The notes beneath the pieces are model-generated. The model searched no databases. It was not told the DNA's origin and was given only the letters and a program-made list of their open reading frames with translations. This document shows, piece after piece, positions 25,919 through 37,534 of a stretch of DNA of 51,522 nt. The stretch covers positions 5,993,472 to 6,044,993 of the forward strand of contig NC_068997.1 of the NCBI RefSeq assembly GCF_001194135.2, written 5' to 3'. A program made the translations under genes and the position numbers. The DNA is from Octopus bimaculoides (lineage: Eukaryota). The first letter of the stretch is position 1. Every line of letters starts with the position of its first letter.

Positions 25919-26741
25919 GGATCTTTGTGATTTGACGGGCAACATTTTTTTTTTGTAGTGTTTTTGGTACCGAAACACTTTCAAACTTCGAATACTTGTA
26001 TATTTTGTGTTATAGAACAGATAAAAAATTTTGTATTCTAAGTTATTTCATGTAAAAAAATTGTCGTATTTCGGTAATTTCAACCAATCACTGACGTCTA
26101 TTGAGGTGAAAACAATTATGCCGTGGAATGTAAACAACGGTGTTACGGGATTTTTTCCCTTGAATAAAATNNNNNNNNNNNNNNNNNNNNNNNNNNNNNN
26201 NNNNNNNNNNNNNNNNNNNNNNNNNNNNNNNNNNNNNNNNNNNNNNNNNNNNNNNNNNNNNNNNNNNNNNNNNNNNNNNNNNNNNNNNNNNNNNNNNNNN
26301 NNNNNNNNNNNNNNNNNNNNNNNNNNNNNNNNNNNNNNNNNNNNNNNNNNNNNNNNNNNNNNNNNNNNNNNNNNNNNNNNNNNNNNNNNNNNNNNNNNNN
26401 NNNNATAACCATAACCCTAACCCCAACCCTAACCCCAATCCTAACCCTAAAACCCGAACCCTAAAACCCTAAACCCTTACTAGGGAATAATGATATAATT
26501 AAACAGGGAATAACACACTTGACACCGAACAGCACTAACTGTATTCAGCTGAATAGACGTCAGTGATTGGTTGAAATTACAGAAATACGACAACTTTAAC
26601 ATGAAATAACTTGCGATGTACAATTTTTTGTTAAGAAGGTTAAGAGAAGAAATTGTTTTATATGACACATTCTACCAGTGTCCCAAGTTTGAAAGTGTTT
26701 CGTTAAGAAAACAAGTGTTGCCCGTCAAATCACAAAGATCC
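25919..26741. mobile_element. Long-TIR element with a telomere-like core
   Basis: GGATCTTTGTGATTTGACGGGCAACA and TGTTGCCCGTCAAATCACAAAGATCC at the ends, with ~200-bp inverted arms. Degenerate (TAACCC)n at 26405-26478 lies next to a gap. Confidence 0.72.
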
Positions 26742-29484
26742 AAAATATGCTTCAACACACGAATTCACATAATCTTGCAAATCAAATAAAAAAACGAAAT
26801 GTGTGTGTGTGTGTGTAAGAGAGGGAAAGGGAGATAGCCAATGTACTTCTTTAAAAAAATTCAGTTTGTTTTTTAACGATATCGTAGTTTGTGTTGTACA
26901 TTTATATCTTCTATTACCACGGGTTGTTTCGAGATTTCATCGTCACAATTTGTCAAACATACACATTAAAATTAAGTCAAGTTGGATAGGATTCATTGCG
27001 TTATACGTAATTAAGATTGAGTATGTGCTTGAGTGTCAAAGTGTGTGTGTGTGTGTTTATCTTTTTTTTTTTTTTACTTCTGTCAGTCATAGAACTGCGG
27101 CCATGCTGTGGCACGCCTTGAAGAGTTGTTAGTGGAACAAATCGATCTTGTACTTATTCTATCGGTTCACTTTACTGAACCACCAGGTTACGAGGACGTA
27201 AATAAACCAACACTGGTTGTCAATCGATGTGGGGATGGGAGAGGGGCAGATACACACACACACACACAATGGGCTTCTACACCGTTTCTCTATAAAATTC
27301 ACTCACAAAGTTTTTGTTGGCCCAGGGCTATAGTACAGAACATTTACCCAAGGTGCTGCACAGTGGGACCGAACCTGAAATCACGTGGTTGCATAGCGAG
27401 TTTCTTAATCACACAACCACGCCTGCACCTGCATCATGCATATATGGATGGCTGGCTGACTGACCTGAAGAGGTCAGAGATGTGTGACGATAGTGCGTGT
27501 GTTCATTTGGCAAAAAAAAAAAAAAAAAATGACTGTCCCGAAATATAACGATTTCTGTTTCAACATACGCTTTCACATCAGGAATCTTGCAAAACAAATT
27601 CATATACGTAACGATGTGATGAAATACTTATCGTTTTGAATAGCAAAGTATTCCAGTATTGTTATTTTAAAGTAGATTAAGGACTCGTAAGTATAGTTAT
27701 TATTACATCGTGTTGAATTATTGACTATATTTACTATGAAGCGGATTTTAGTCCTCAAGCTAGGAATGTACGACACAGAACACTTTGATATTTAACATGT
27801 ACTGTATAGTATTTTATCATTTTTAATAGTTGCAGTCGTTCAACTACGGTTATGCTGGGGGGGGGGTCCCTTTTAATAGTTCCTTACTCGATCGTATCGA
27901 CCCCAGGATTTCTTTCAGTTTCTTGTTTGTTTTATCGAAGAAGAAAAGGACAAAACAAAAGAAAAATTCCCGAAATATTGAAAACAAAATATGAAATTCT
28001 TGATATGACTGTTTAATTATGGTAATGTTGAGATATCAAAAGATTTAGTTTAAAAGCAGAAAAATAAAAAGGAAAGGAAAATCCGCGAGACTACAAAAAC
28101 AGCTGTGTGGTTTGTGCGAGTTAGTACAATGTTTAATGATGATCCGGTATTCATTGACAATAAACCAGGAAATATTAGACGTAGTAACTTATGTTAGGAG
28201 TGACATATCCTGGTAGTTAGTGTTTCAATTAACAAAAGAAAAAAAAAAGGATTGGTGGGTACAGACTGTTCATATCCTTTTCACACAAAGTCTTGAGGAA
28301 AAAAAGCAGTAAACAGGTTGGGAGAAGACGGAATGATAAAACAACAAGGAGGATAGTATTGATATCGATGTATAGGTTCGATCCTACCTCGTTATAGATT
28401 GGACCCGTTTTCTACTGCCAAATAACTGAATCAATGGGGACTCAACATGAACAACACCGGTTTTAGACATGTATAAACATTGACTCATTCGTGCGCACAC
28501 GCACGTACATTCACACACACACACACACACACACACAGAGCGCCTGATAGGTTGCTTAACGGTGAGTTCAAATATCGCCGAGGTCAATTTTGCCTTCCAT
28601 TCTTTTAAGGATTAACAAATAAACTACTAGTCATTCACTGGAGTATCTTGCTTCTCTTTTCCTTTCCATCTGTCTGTCTGTCTTCTAGAAGAAATCGGCT
28701 GAAGTCAGACCTGTAGAGTAATGGGCTCCTCTAGGTCAAAATATACTCAAGATAATACTGTATGCCATCTTGGCGCCTCTATGACTCCATCCAGGAGTCG
28801 AAGGCAAATATATAAATACGACAGCCTTTTGCATAGTTTCCGTCTCCAAAATTCGTCTCGCAAAGTATGTATATTACCTATGGTGCCAAAATGTTAACGG
28901 AAGCAGAGACAACAAATTCAATGATCATGAAAATAACTCGTGGTATTTCTTCATCCCGAGTCACATACAATCGCCCTTGTTACTATCGCTGGATCCCCGT
29001 CGGTTTCGACGATGACGACCTACTTGTGTGATCCACTGAATTACCTGCACATGAATTAACATGTATGTGGTTGAGTATTCTGAAGACACAAAAAGCCATA
29101 AAGTAATTTTCTGGCAGAATCAGCGTGACAGTGTGATGTATGACAAAGCTGTACTTTTTGAATTACAGAACACAAATCACCCAACCGATTGCTATATACT
29201 TTCCGTCTACTCAATTCATTCACAAAGTATGAATCGATCCGTGATTTTTCAAAATGATATTTGCTCAAGAAACCACGTAGTGGTATCGAACCTGGCCCTC
29301 GTGGTTGTGAAGCGATCTTTTTAACCTTTTCAATATACCGCACCTATATTCACAAAAATGCATATGGAAAGAGAAGGGGAAAAACACCAACAACTTTGAA
29401 AGATATTTATTATTGTAATGTGAATAGAATTCTAATGGAAGATATATTACAGAAATAGCTGGAAAGTTGCTTAGCGGTTGTCAG

Positions 29485-29557
29485 TGAAGGTGAAGGTCAT
29501 TTCTTGTTTGTCAAGATAAAGGTCGTTCAGTGACCAGTTTAATCTAAGTGAAGGTCG
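29485..29557 (+). promoter_or_regulatory. Cluster of nuclear-receptor extended half-sites upstream of exon 1b
   Basis: TGAAGGTGAAGGTCA (29485-99), TAAAGGTCG (29517-25) and TGAAGGTCG (29549-57), plus GATA motif AGATAA (29514-19). Motif match only. Confidence 0.3.
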
Positions 29558-29929
29558 TTAAACTACCCAAACTTCTTTTGTTCATGACAGCAATCACTCC
29601 ATCTCATTTATGTTATATTTCTCTCCTCCCACTCCTCTAGTCATCTTGTACTTTTACTTTTCGCTCTCTGCTACTTTCGCATTCTTCCCCCCCCCCATCT
29701 CTCTATTTTTAACGCTTCTCCCCTCTGTCTGTCTTTCTATTTCTTCCTCTTCTTCTCTGTCTCCTCCTCGTCATCTCGTCCTCCCTGTCTTCCTCTCTCT
29801 GTCTCTTTCAATCTTTATTCCTCACCACTCCGTCATTATCTTACTGTCTCTTCCTCGCGTCATTCGCACCCTTCCTCATCTCCCTCTTTCTCTTCCATTT
29901 CTTCTCCTCTTAACACACACACTCACGCA

Positions 29930-29936
29930 TATAAAT
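29930..29936 (+). promoter_or_regulatory. Candidate TATA box of the exon 1b promoter
   Basis: TATAAAT 47 nt upstream of the 1b ATG, downstream of a ~300 nt CT-rich tract. Confidence 0.4.
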
Positions 29937-29976
29937 TCGCACGTATACACCACATCTGTCTCTGAGTCCAGGCACC

Positions 29977-30131
29977 ATGGAGACTGATTACATGACCTTG
30001 ACACGTTTCTTACTCACCGAAGAGAAGAAACATCCTCATGCAACGGGAGTTCTAACCCAGTTAATCAATTCGATTCTTACTTCAATCAAGGCCATTTCTG
30101 CTGCCGTTCGCAGAGCGGGTCTTCGAGATTT
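29977..30131 (+). CDS. FBP1: Fructose-1,6-bisphosphatase, alternative first coding exon 1b
   Basis: Kozak-like GCACC-ATG-G starts [52 protein letters not shown] with no stops. The consensus phase-2 donor TT|GTAAGT is at 30132. The exon is under 60 aa, so it is absent from the ORF track. Confidence 0.92.
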
Positions 30132-31402
30132 GTAAGTTTATTTTTCATCTCAAAAAGTTCTTAAAACTATCCACATATACACACACTGCGCACACAGATA
30201 TGTATATATGCATGCATGTATGTATACGCACACACACATACACACTAAAAGTGTTTTCTTTAAACGCAGAAAAAAAAAGGGTTACTAGCTGGTGGAGTGT
30301 GGCTAGGGAGATTTGGCTGTTATTTCTAAAAGGACGAGTACTACTGGAAAAGTTCCCCTGTTAACAAGTATTGACCCCGTGGAATGAAGAGTTAAACAAG
30401 GTCCTGATGAAGACCAAAAAATGATAGTTATAGAATATTAAATTAACGTCTCAATAATATCTTATTAATATTGGTTTCATATTTTGGCATCAGGTCAGCA
30501 CTTTTGTGGGAGGATTAAGTCGGTTACATCGACTTCAATGCTCAACTTGTACTTATTTTATCGACCCCGAAAGGAAGAAAGGCAAAGTTGACCTCGACGG
30601 AATTTGAATTCAGAACATAAAGAGTGACGAAATATCGCTTGGCATTTTGCCCAGCGTACCAACGATTCTACTAGCTTATCACTTTGTCATCAAATTAATA
30701 AAAATTGATAGTTAAGGCGGCGAGCTGGCAGAGTCGTTACGATGTCGGGCGAATGCTTAGAAGCATTCCGTCCGTCTTTGTATTCTAAGTTCGAATAACA
30801 CGGCAGTCAACTTTGCCTTTCGTCCTTTCAGAGTCGATAAAATAAGTACCAGTTAAGCACTGGAGTCGGTCGGTGTAACCGACTTAATTCTCCCCTAAAA
30901 GTGCTGACTTTGTACCAAAATTTTAAACCAATATTAAGATATTGAGATGTTAATTGAATATTCTATAATTATAATTGTTTTGTCTTCATCAGGAGATTGT
31001 TTAACTCTTCATTCTCACAAGGTGGGAACCTTCCCAGTAGCACTCGTCCTTTTAGAAATAATAACCTAATCTTCCTTACCACACTGCACCGTCTTAGGTA
31101 AAAACGATGAAAATATTGAACAATGTAGTCCAGAATATACTATTAGTTATGACTAGAACATATTTGATCATAGATCTGCTCTATTAGGCTACTAATAAAA
31201 TAAAGAAGCCCTAAAGTAGTACTCGGTTGATTTATATCCATATAATGCAACCAAGTTGCGAATGGAATTACAGTGCTGGATGGCTTAAAAGACGCATGAG
31301 CATATTAGATGCACCCTAATTTCAGGACAAAGTTTTTAGTGCATCAAATCTTATAGGAGGCCCAGCTTTGAAAATAGGATCCAGAGAGAGGCTTTTTTGG
31401 AG

Positions 31403-31585
31403 ACTAAAGCAGCGCGGACCCGAACGCGCAGTCGCGCGTACGCGCTAGCTTGTCTTGAGTGGTCGACCCTAACCCTAACCCGCGTGTGCAAATGAATATG
31501 TGTTTAGGGTTAGGGTTAGAATCGACCATTCACGACTAGTTAGCGCGGACGCGCGACTGCGCGTTCGGGTCCGCGCTGCTTTAGT
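31403..31585. repeat. CpG-rich palindrome with TTAGGG/CCCTAA repeats flanking the loop
   Basis: 78-nt arms, the outer 37 nt perfect, and a 27-nt loop. A second copy at 15291-15410 has its left arm lost in a gap. Confidence 0.85.
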
Positions 31586-33593
31586 AGTACAGACATTTTT
31601 TGGATGGGGAAAATGTACATCATTTTATGTCTTCAAATACTGTTTAATAACAAACTTCAGGTTAAATAACCAACGGTGTCACTAGAATAAGTCCTCGTGC
31701 CGTATTAGGTCCTTTATATCAAATACATATCTGTGTAATTTTATTGTGCCTAGGGAGAGTCCTTCTCTTTTAGTGCCTTATTACTTAACACACGCACCGG
31801 TTCGATTTCCACTCATTTATTTTTCTAAAATTTTCGTTGCGTCTTGCAACCTGTAATTCATTTCCCATCCAAGATGCATTACAGAGATATTAAGCGTCTA
31901 CAGGACATAGGAAGTAGAGTTGACATGTGCATGATTTGAACTCAGAATGTAAAGAGCCGTAAATAAACAGTACGGAATTAATGTATTTAGTCGGAGTCTT
32001 TTAACAATTCGGTTATTAACGTACTGTGCATTCTTTTTTTTACTCATGAAAATGACTCTGTGTGTGTAGAAGAAGAAGAAGAATGGGACTTCTGAGTTAA
32101 AGACTTATCCAAACTTATACGTAACCAATCGTCAGACAAACGTGAATATTTATAACTATCGTCGTCGTCGTCGTCATCATCGTCTTTTTTTGCGTCGTCT
32201 TCCATGCTTGCATGGGTCGGACGGTTTGATAGGATCCGACGGGTCAGAGAACTTTAGCGTTTTCCATTGTCTGCTTTGGCATGGTTTCTACAGCTGGATG
32301 TTCTTCCAAATTAACAGTTATTACATTCAAAAATTTTACGATATCGGATACATTATTTCAATAAGTGTTAATTTAATCCCAATAAACTCATTGACTACAA
32401 TTAACTATTACAAAAGCCAACACTTGTTAGGAACCAACAGGAAGTCTAGAAAGAGTAGCTAAATCTCTCTTATTTTATCGCCTTAACATCTCAAAATAAC
32501 TAAAGGTATTTTAGGTAGGACTCAATACATTGAAGAACGTGGGCATAGATATTGTTTGAATAACACATGATGGTTATGTTTGGAACAACTATCGCACACT
32601 CACGCATGGAGACACGTTTATACATGCATCCGTGCGCATGCACGCACGCACAAGCACATAATGCACACACACTTACAAGCACATACACTTACATGCACAC
32701 ACCTGTACACACATACAACCACACACACACACACACACACACACATCCATGCAAACACACACGCGCACGATTTTGGGAGTTCTCTCCCTTGCTCTCTTTG
32801 AGAGAGATTTTCTTAAACATTGTTTTCTCTATTTATTTTGCTACGGTTTGTGGCCATGCTGGTTCAACGTTAATGACTTTTCTTTCCATTATGGTTATAC
32901 TTGCAGTTAAATTAAAAAAAGAAGTTATTTTGGCCTTATCATATTAAACCTTTAACCATACATGGATGCGTGCGAACATATTGCATACACACACGTACTA
33001 TATACACACATAAACGCTTACACATATACATATACACGCATACAAGCACAAATATGCACGCATGCTTACATACACGCAAGCACACGCATTCACTCATATA
33101 CACTAATGTACACACATACATTCATACATATACATATAAGCACATACATGCAAACGCATATACGCACACACTCTCTTTAAAATCTTAAGACCACAGCTAA
33201 GTACAAGCCCATAACTCTCACTACATCCCGCTCCTGATGCTTCTAGAATCTTTTATATTGCGTAATATCCGCCACAGAGCTTCTACCTGGGCTTTATCGC
33301 AAATAATTGTCTCGCACACCTATCATAATGGAATTATCAACCATTTCTCCAAAACACTCCATATTCTTGTTGTTGAATTACCCCCCCCCACGCACATCTT
33401 GTTCTGTCTCTTCACTGACTCATCAGCATGAAATTTTATACCCTCATCGCTTTTATTGTTTATGGTACCATCTCCTCGCCATCACACTCAGTACGCGCGC
33501 GCACGTGTACGTACATATGTCTCGCTCCCCCTTTCTCTCGCTCTTTCTCTGTGTACGCTTCATTNNNNNNNNNNNNNNNNNNNNNNNNNNNNN

Positions 33594-33624
<31 letters not shown>

Positions 33625-34599
33625 ATGTTTGTTTCTCTTTCTCTCTCTATTTCTCCCTTCATCTCTCTTTCACTGCATGCTTCACTTTCTCTCTGTCTCA
33701 TCACGTTTTCCATATATTCCCACTTTCTACTTTTTCCTTGTGTATTCTTTTCTCTGTCTCTCTTCTCTCTCTTTCTCTCTATGCTCATCTCCATCTGCTG
33801 GTATTCTGACTTTCTACTGCAATAAGAAAGAAATTAAAAAATTAATTTCTTCTGTTCTTCTAAAATAATTTAAAGCCAAGAAATGGGTAATAAAAGTAAT
33901 TAGGAATAAAACGATAGCAATTAAGTGTATGGAAGAAATCCGATCTTTTCCAAGTTATAGGAAACAGTTCTAGACATGTATTATTAGAACTCATTAGTGA
34001 AACAGTCTTACTAATGTTGGTAAAATATGGTATGATTAGAGGGATATTTGGGTGCTGTTTCTGGTAGGCCTAACAACTATGTAGGGGTTCCATCATTGAA
34101 TTAGTTTAACTTGGGTTCTTGTTGTTTAACCCCTGGTCAGCTTTGATTGAGAAGACACGATCAGAGATTCTCTAGCTACGATCATCCTGTCATTTGTTAT
34201 CTAGGACTACATTGTTCAACTGCTCTTTATTTTTTTTTTTTAAGATATTAAGGTAAATTTTAATGTGGATTTAGCTGTTATTTCTAACGGACCACGTAGA
34301 GGCTCCCTCTTTAGCTGATTGTATCTTATGTAACATTTTCAGGTGATCTAGTTGGTACCTGTTTCTGATTTGGTCAGGTGAGGCTGTACACGAGGCTGAT
34401 TTTGTGTTTGTATCGGTACACTATCCACTAACCATTTCTTCCACCTTTTGCCACTTTACCTGATGCTTTATCATATCGTCAATAATAACGTTTTGTGGAT
34501 GGGCTGAACTGTTACTCAGAGTGTATCATGTATTTAGAAAAAGTTTATCAGAAGTGTATTGTTTGTTGTTTTTATCTCTGTTGCTTTGTCTCCTTTCAG

Positions 34600-34762
34600 A
34601 TTTGGTGTTGCTGGTGGTTCCAATGTGTCTGGAGATGAGGTCAAGAAGTTGGACATTCTGTCCAATGACCTTTTCATCAACATGCTCAAATCTTCGTTCA
34701 CGACCGCCCTGATGGTTAGTGAAGAGAATGAGAAAGCTATTGAGGTTGAAATCGAAAACCAA
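34600..34762 (+). CDS. FBP1: FBPase exon 2
   Basis: Acceptor TTTCAG|A; encodes [54 protein letters not shown]; donor GTGAGG; 163 nt. Confidence 0.96.
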
Positions 34763-34829
34763 GTGAGGATTCAGTTTGGTATTATTATTATTGAAGACAT
34801 CACACAGTATTCAATACTGTGATGTAGAT

Positions 34830-35000
34830 TGAAAATATAGTGTGTAGCAGGGATTTGTGCTGTCTGTCAAGTCATAACAAGGCCCTCAGACAGACAACAT
34901 TTTATGTAGTATGCATGCAGTTCCAAATGAAACTGATTTTTGCAACACACCAAGATTGCAGGATATTTCTAAAGTGTCCAGACTCTTCTTCAGGTTGGGT
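34830..35000 (-). mobile_element. 3' end of an R4/Dong-like (RLE) non-LTR element
   Basis: LQKSVSFGTACILHKMLSV* resembles the C-terminal LQK...GTA.ILR..LS motif of this group. Confidence 0.55.
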
Positions 35001-37094
35001 AGTATCGAACTCAATGCTCTGATGAGTATCGAACTCAATGCTTTGACTCTTGCAGCTGCCACATCCTGGTGATCTTTATTATTACTATTAAGACAGCAAG
35101 CTTGTAGAATTGTTAGTATGCTTTTCATTTGTCTTTACAGTCTGATTTCAAATTCTGCCAAGGTCAGCTTTGCCTTTCATCCTTTTGGGGTCAATAAAAT
35201 AAGCAGCAATTGATTACTGGAGTCAATGTAATTGACTAGTCCCCTCACACAAAATTTCAGGCCTTGTGTTTGTAGTAGAAAGAAAGCAGTGAGCTGGTAG
35301 AATCGTTAGCCTGATTAGCAAAATGCTTAGCGACATTTCATCATTCTGTGCTCATTTCATGTAGTTTTCAATGTAGCACTTTTGTTACCTCATCGTGTTG
35401 TCACAACTTAGAGTGTATCATTATTATTATTATTATTATGGTAGCAAGCTGGCAGAATCATAAGCATGCTGGGGAAAATGTTTAGCAGCCTTTCATCCAT
35501 TCTGAGTTCATTTCATGTTCTGAGTTCAAATTCTGCTGAGGTTGACTTTGCCTTTCATCCTTTTGGGGTTGATAATTATGTACCAGTGAAACACTGGGGT
35601 CAATGTAATCAACTAGTCTCCTCCCCCAAAATTTCAGGCCTTGTGCCTTTAGTAGAAGGCATTATTATTATTTTTATTGTTCGTCTTGTATTGTCCTTTA
35701 ATGTTTTGATTTATATTAGCCAATAAAAAGAATTAATTATTATTATTATTGTTACACACTTCTAGAAATAAATTCTTTCCTTCATCCCTACCCTGGTCTG
35801 GTCTGTCAAACAGTGTTAAATATGTATTACTCTTATTAAAATGGAGGGGTGACAGATTGACGGAACTTATAGAATGCCAGACAAAATAACCTGCATTCCA
35901 CGAACCTTGATTTTGTCTTTCATCCTTCTGAGATCAGTAAAATAAAGTACCAGTTAAGATTGATTTAATCAGTTGTCCCTTCCCTGCAGTTTTCTGACCT
36001 TCTATGTTAAAAATTATTATAGTTATGGTGGTTGTGATGATGATGTTTAACCCCAGATCAGCCCTAAATTGAGCAAGCAGACATTCCAGCCATGATCAAT
36101 CTCATCTTTTCCTTATGTAGTCAGAATCAAGGGTTACTTTCTCCAACATGTCCATTTAAGTAAGTAGAGTGTAATTTGAAGGCCCTTGGCTGCTATTCCT
36201 TGCAGTTCATATCACCATATAGATACACACGTGTTGGCTTGTGGTAATTGGTAGAATCAGAGTTGCAAAGAAAATACCTTGTGTTGTTTAGTTCCTAGAT
36301 CTAAGTTCAAATCCTGTGGAGGTTCAACCTAGTCCTGAAAGGATAATGTTACAGAATGGAAATGATTGAAAGAGGAGGAGAATAGAATTTTTTCCTTTAC
36401 ATTAAAGACTTACATATTTCAAAATGAATGTCAATAAAGTTAGCACAATTCTTGTTATATCATGTTTTGGGACTGGTTGTCTGATGCAACTTCATGCTGT
36501 ACAGTGGTTGTACAAGAAGTTAAAAGTGAAACTGGACTTGATATTTGCCATAAGTTTTGATGAAGAAACAGTAAATTTGCTGAAATTGTACCACATTACA
36601 CTAAACAACAGTAGCAACAACAACAACAATATCATCATCACCATCATCACTATCATCACCATCATCACCATCACTATCACTGTCATCATCACCACTCCCA
36701 TTTTGCTATAGATATATTTATTGCAAGAAACATTAGGTTTCTTTTTCTAACATTTTACATTGTTCAAACTACACAATATGTGAAAATCAAACTAGGAGTT
36801 TTGAAAGAAGTATCTATAAAACTAGTTTTTGAACATTGAATGGTTTGTGGGGTCCACCAGAATAAAATTGTAATCAAAGGGGTCCTTAGATAAAAAAAAA
36901 AAATGGTTGAGAACCATTGCTTAACCAATGACATGTTCATAAAATGTGATATAAAATAAGATACTGCTCTGGGAAAGGCTTAACTGCTACCACTTCCTGT
37001 TTAACTTACTCTAAAATAGTGAGTTAGTTGATACAAAATAAGCTGAAGCAATATTGTGGTTAATGATGTTTTGTTTGTTTCTGATATTTTCTAG

Positions 37095-37187
37095 GGAAAA
37101 TATATCGTCTGCTTTGATCCTTTGGATGGTTCTTCAAATATTGATTGTTTGGTTTCTATAGGATCCATTTTTGGAATTTATCGAAAG
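37095..37187 (+). CDS. FBP1: FBPase exon 3 (metal-binding FDPLDGS motif)
   Basis: Acceptor TTCTAG|; encodes [31 protein letters not shown]; donor GTGAGT; 93 nt. Confidence 0.97.
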
Positions 37188-37534
37188 GTGAGTTACTTCT
37201 ACAGTTATCCTCAAACATATACTGCATATCTTTATCTGTCTGTCTCTCTGTCTGTATTTATAGGTGCATGTGTTTATATCTCCTTATATTGACATGCGTG
37301 ATAGTAGTAGTGTCATTTATTTCAGAAAATTTGCCCCCACCAAAAAAGGTCACCATTACAACTGGTGATAGTATGTTTACATCCCTCTAACTTAGCAGTT
37401 TGACGAATATAACCAATGGAATAAGTAGTGGCCTTAGAAAAAAAATAATTACTGGGGTTAATTCAACTACAATTCTTCAAGGCAGTGCCCCTGCATGGTT
37501 GCAGTCTAATGTATATATTATACATAACAGTTAT

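Noticed and set aside
26405-26478. True telomere or chromosome fusion site
   Set aside because: The tract is short, degenerate and enclosed by transposon-like TIRs inside an intron.
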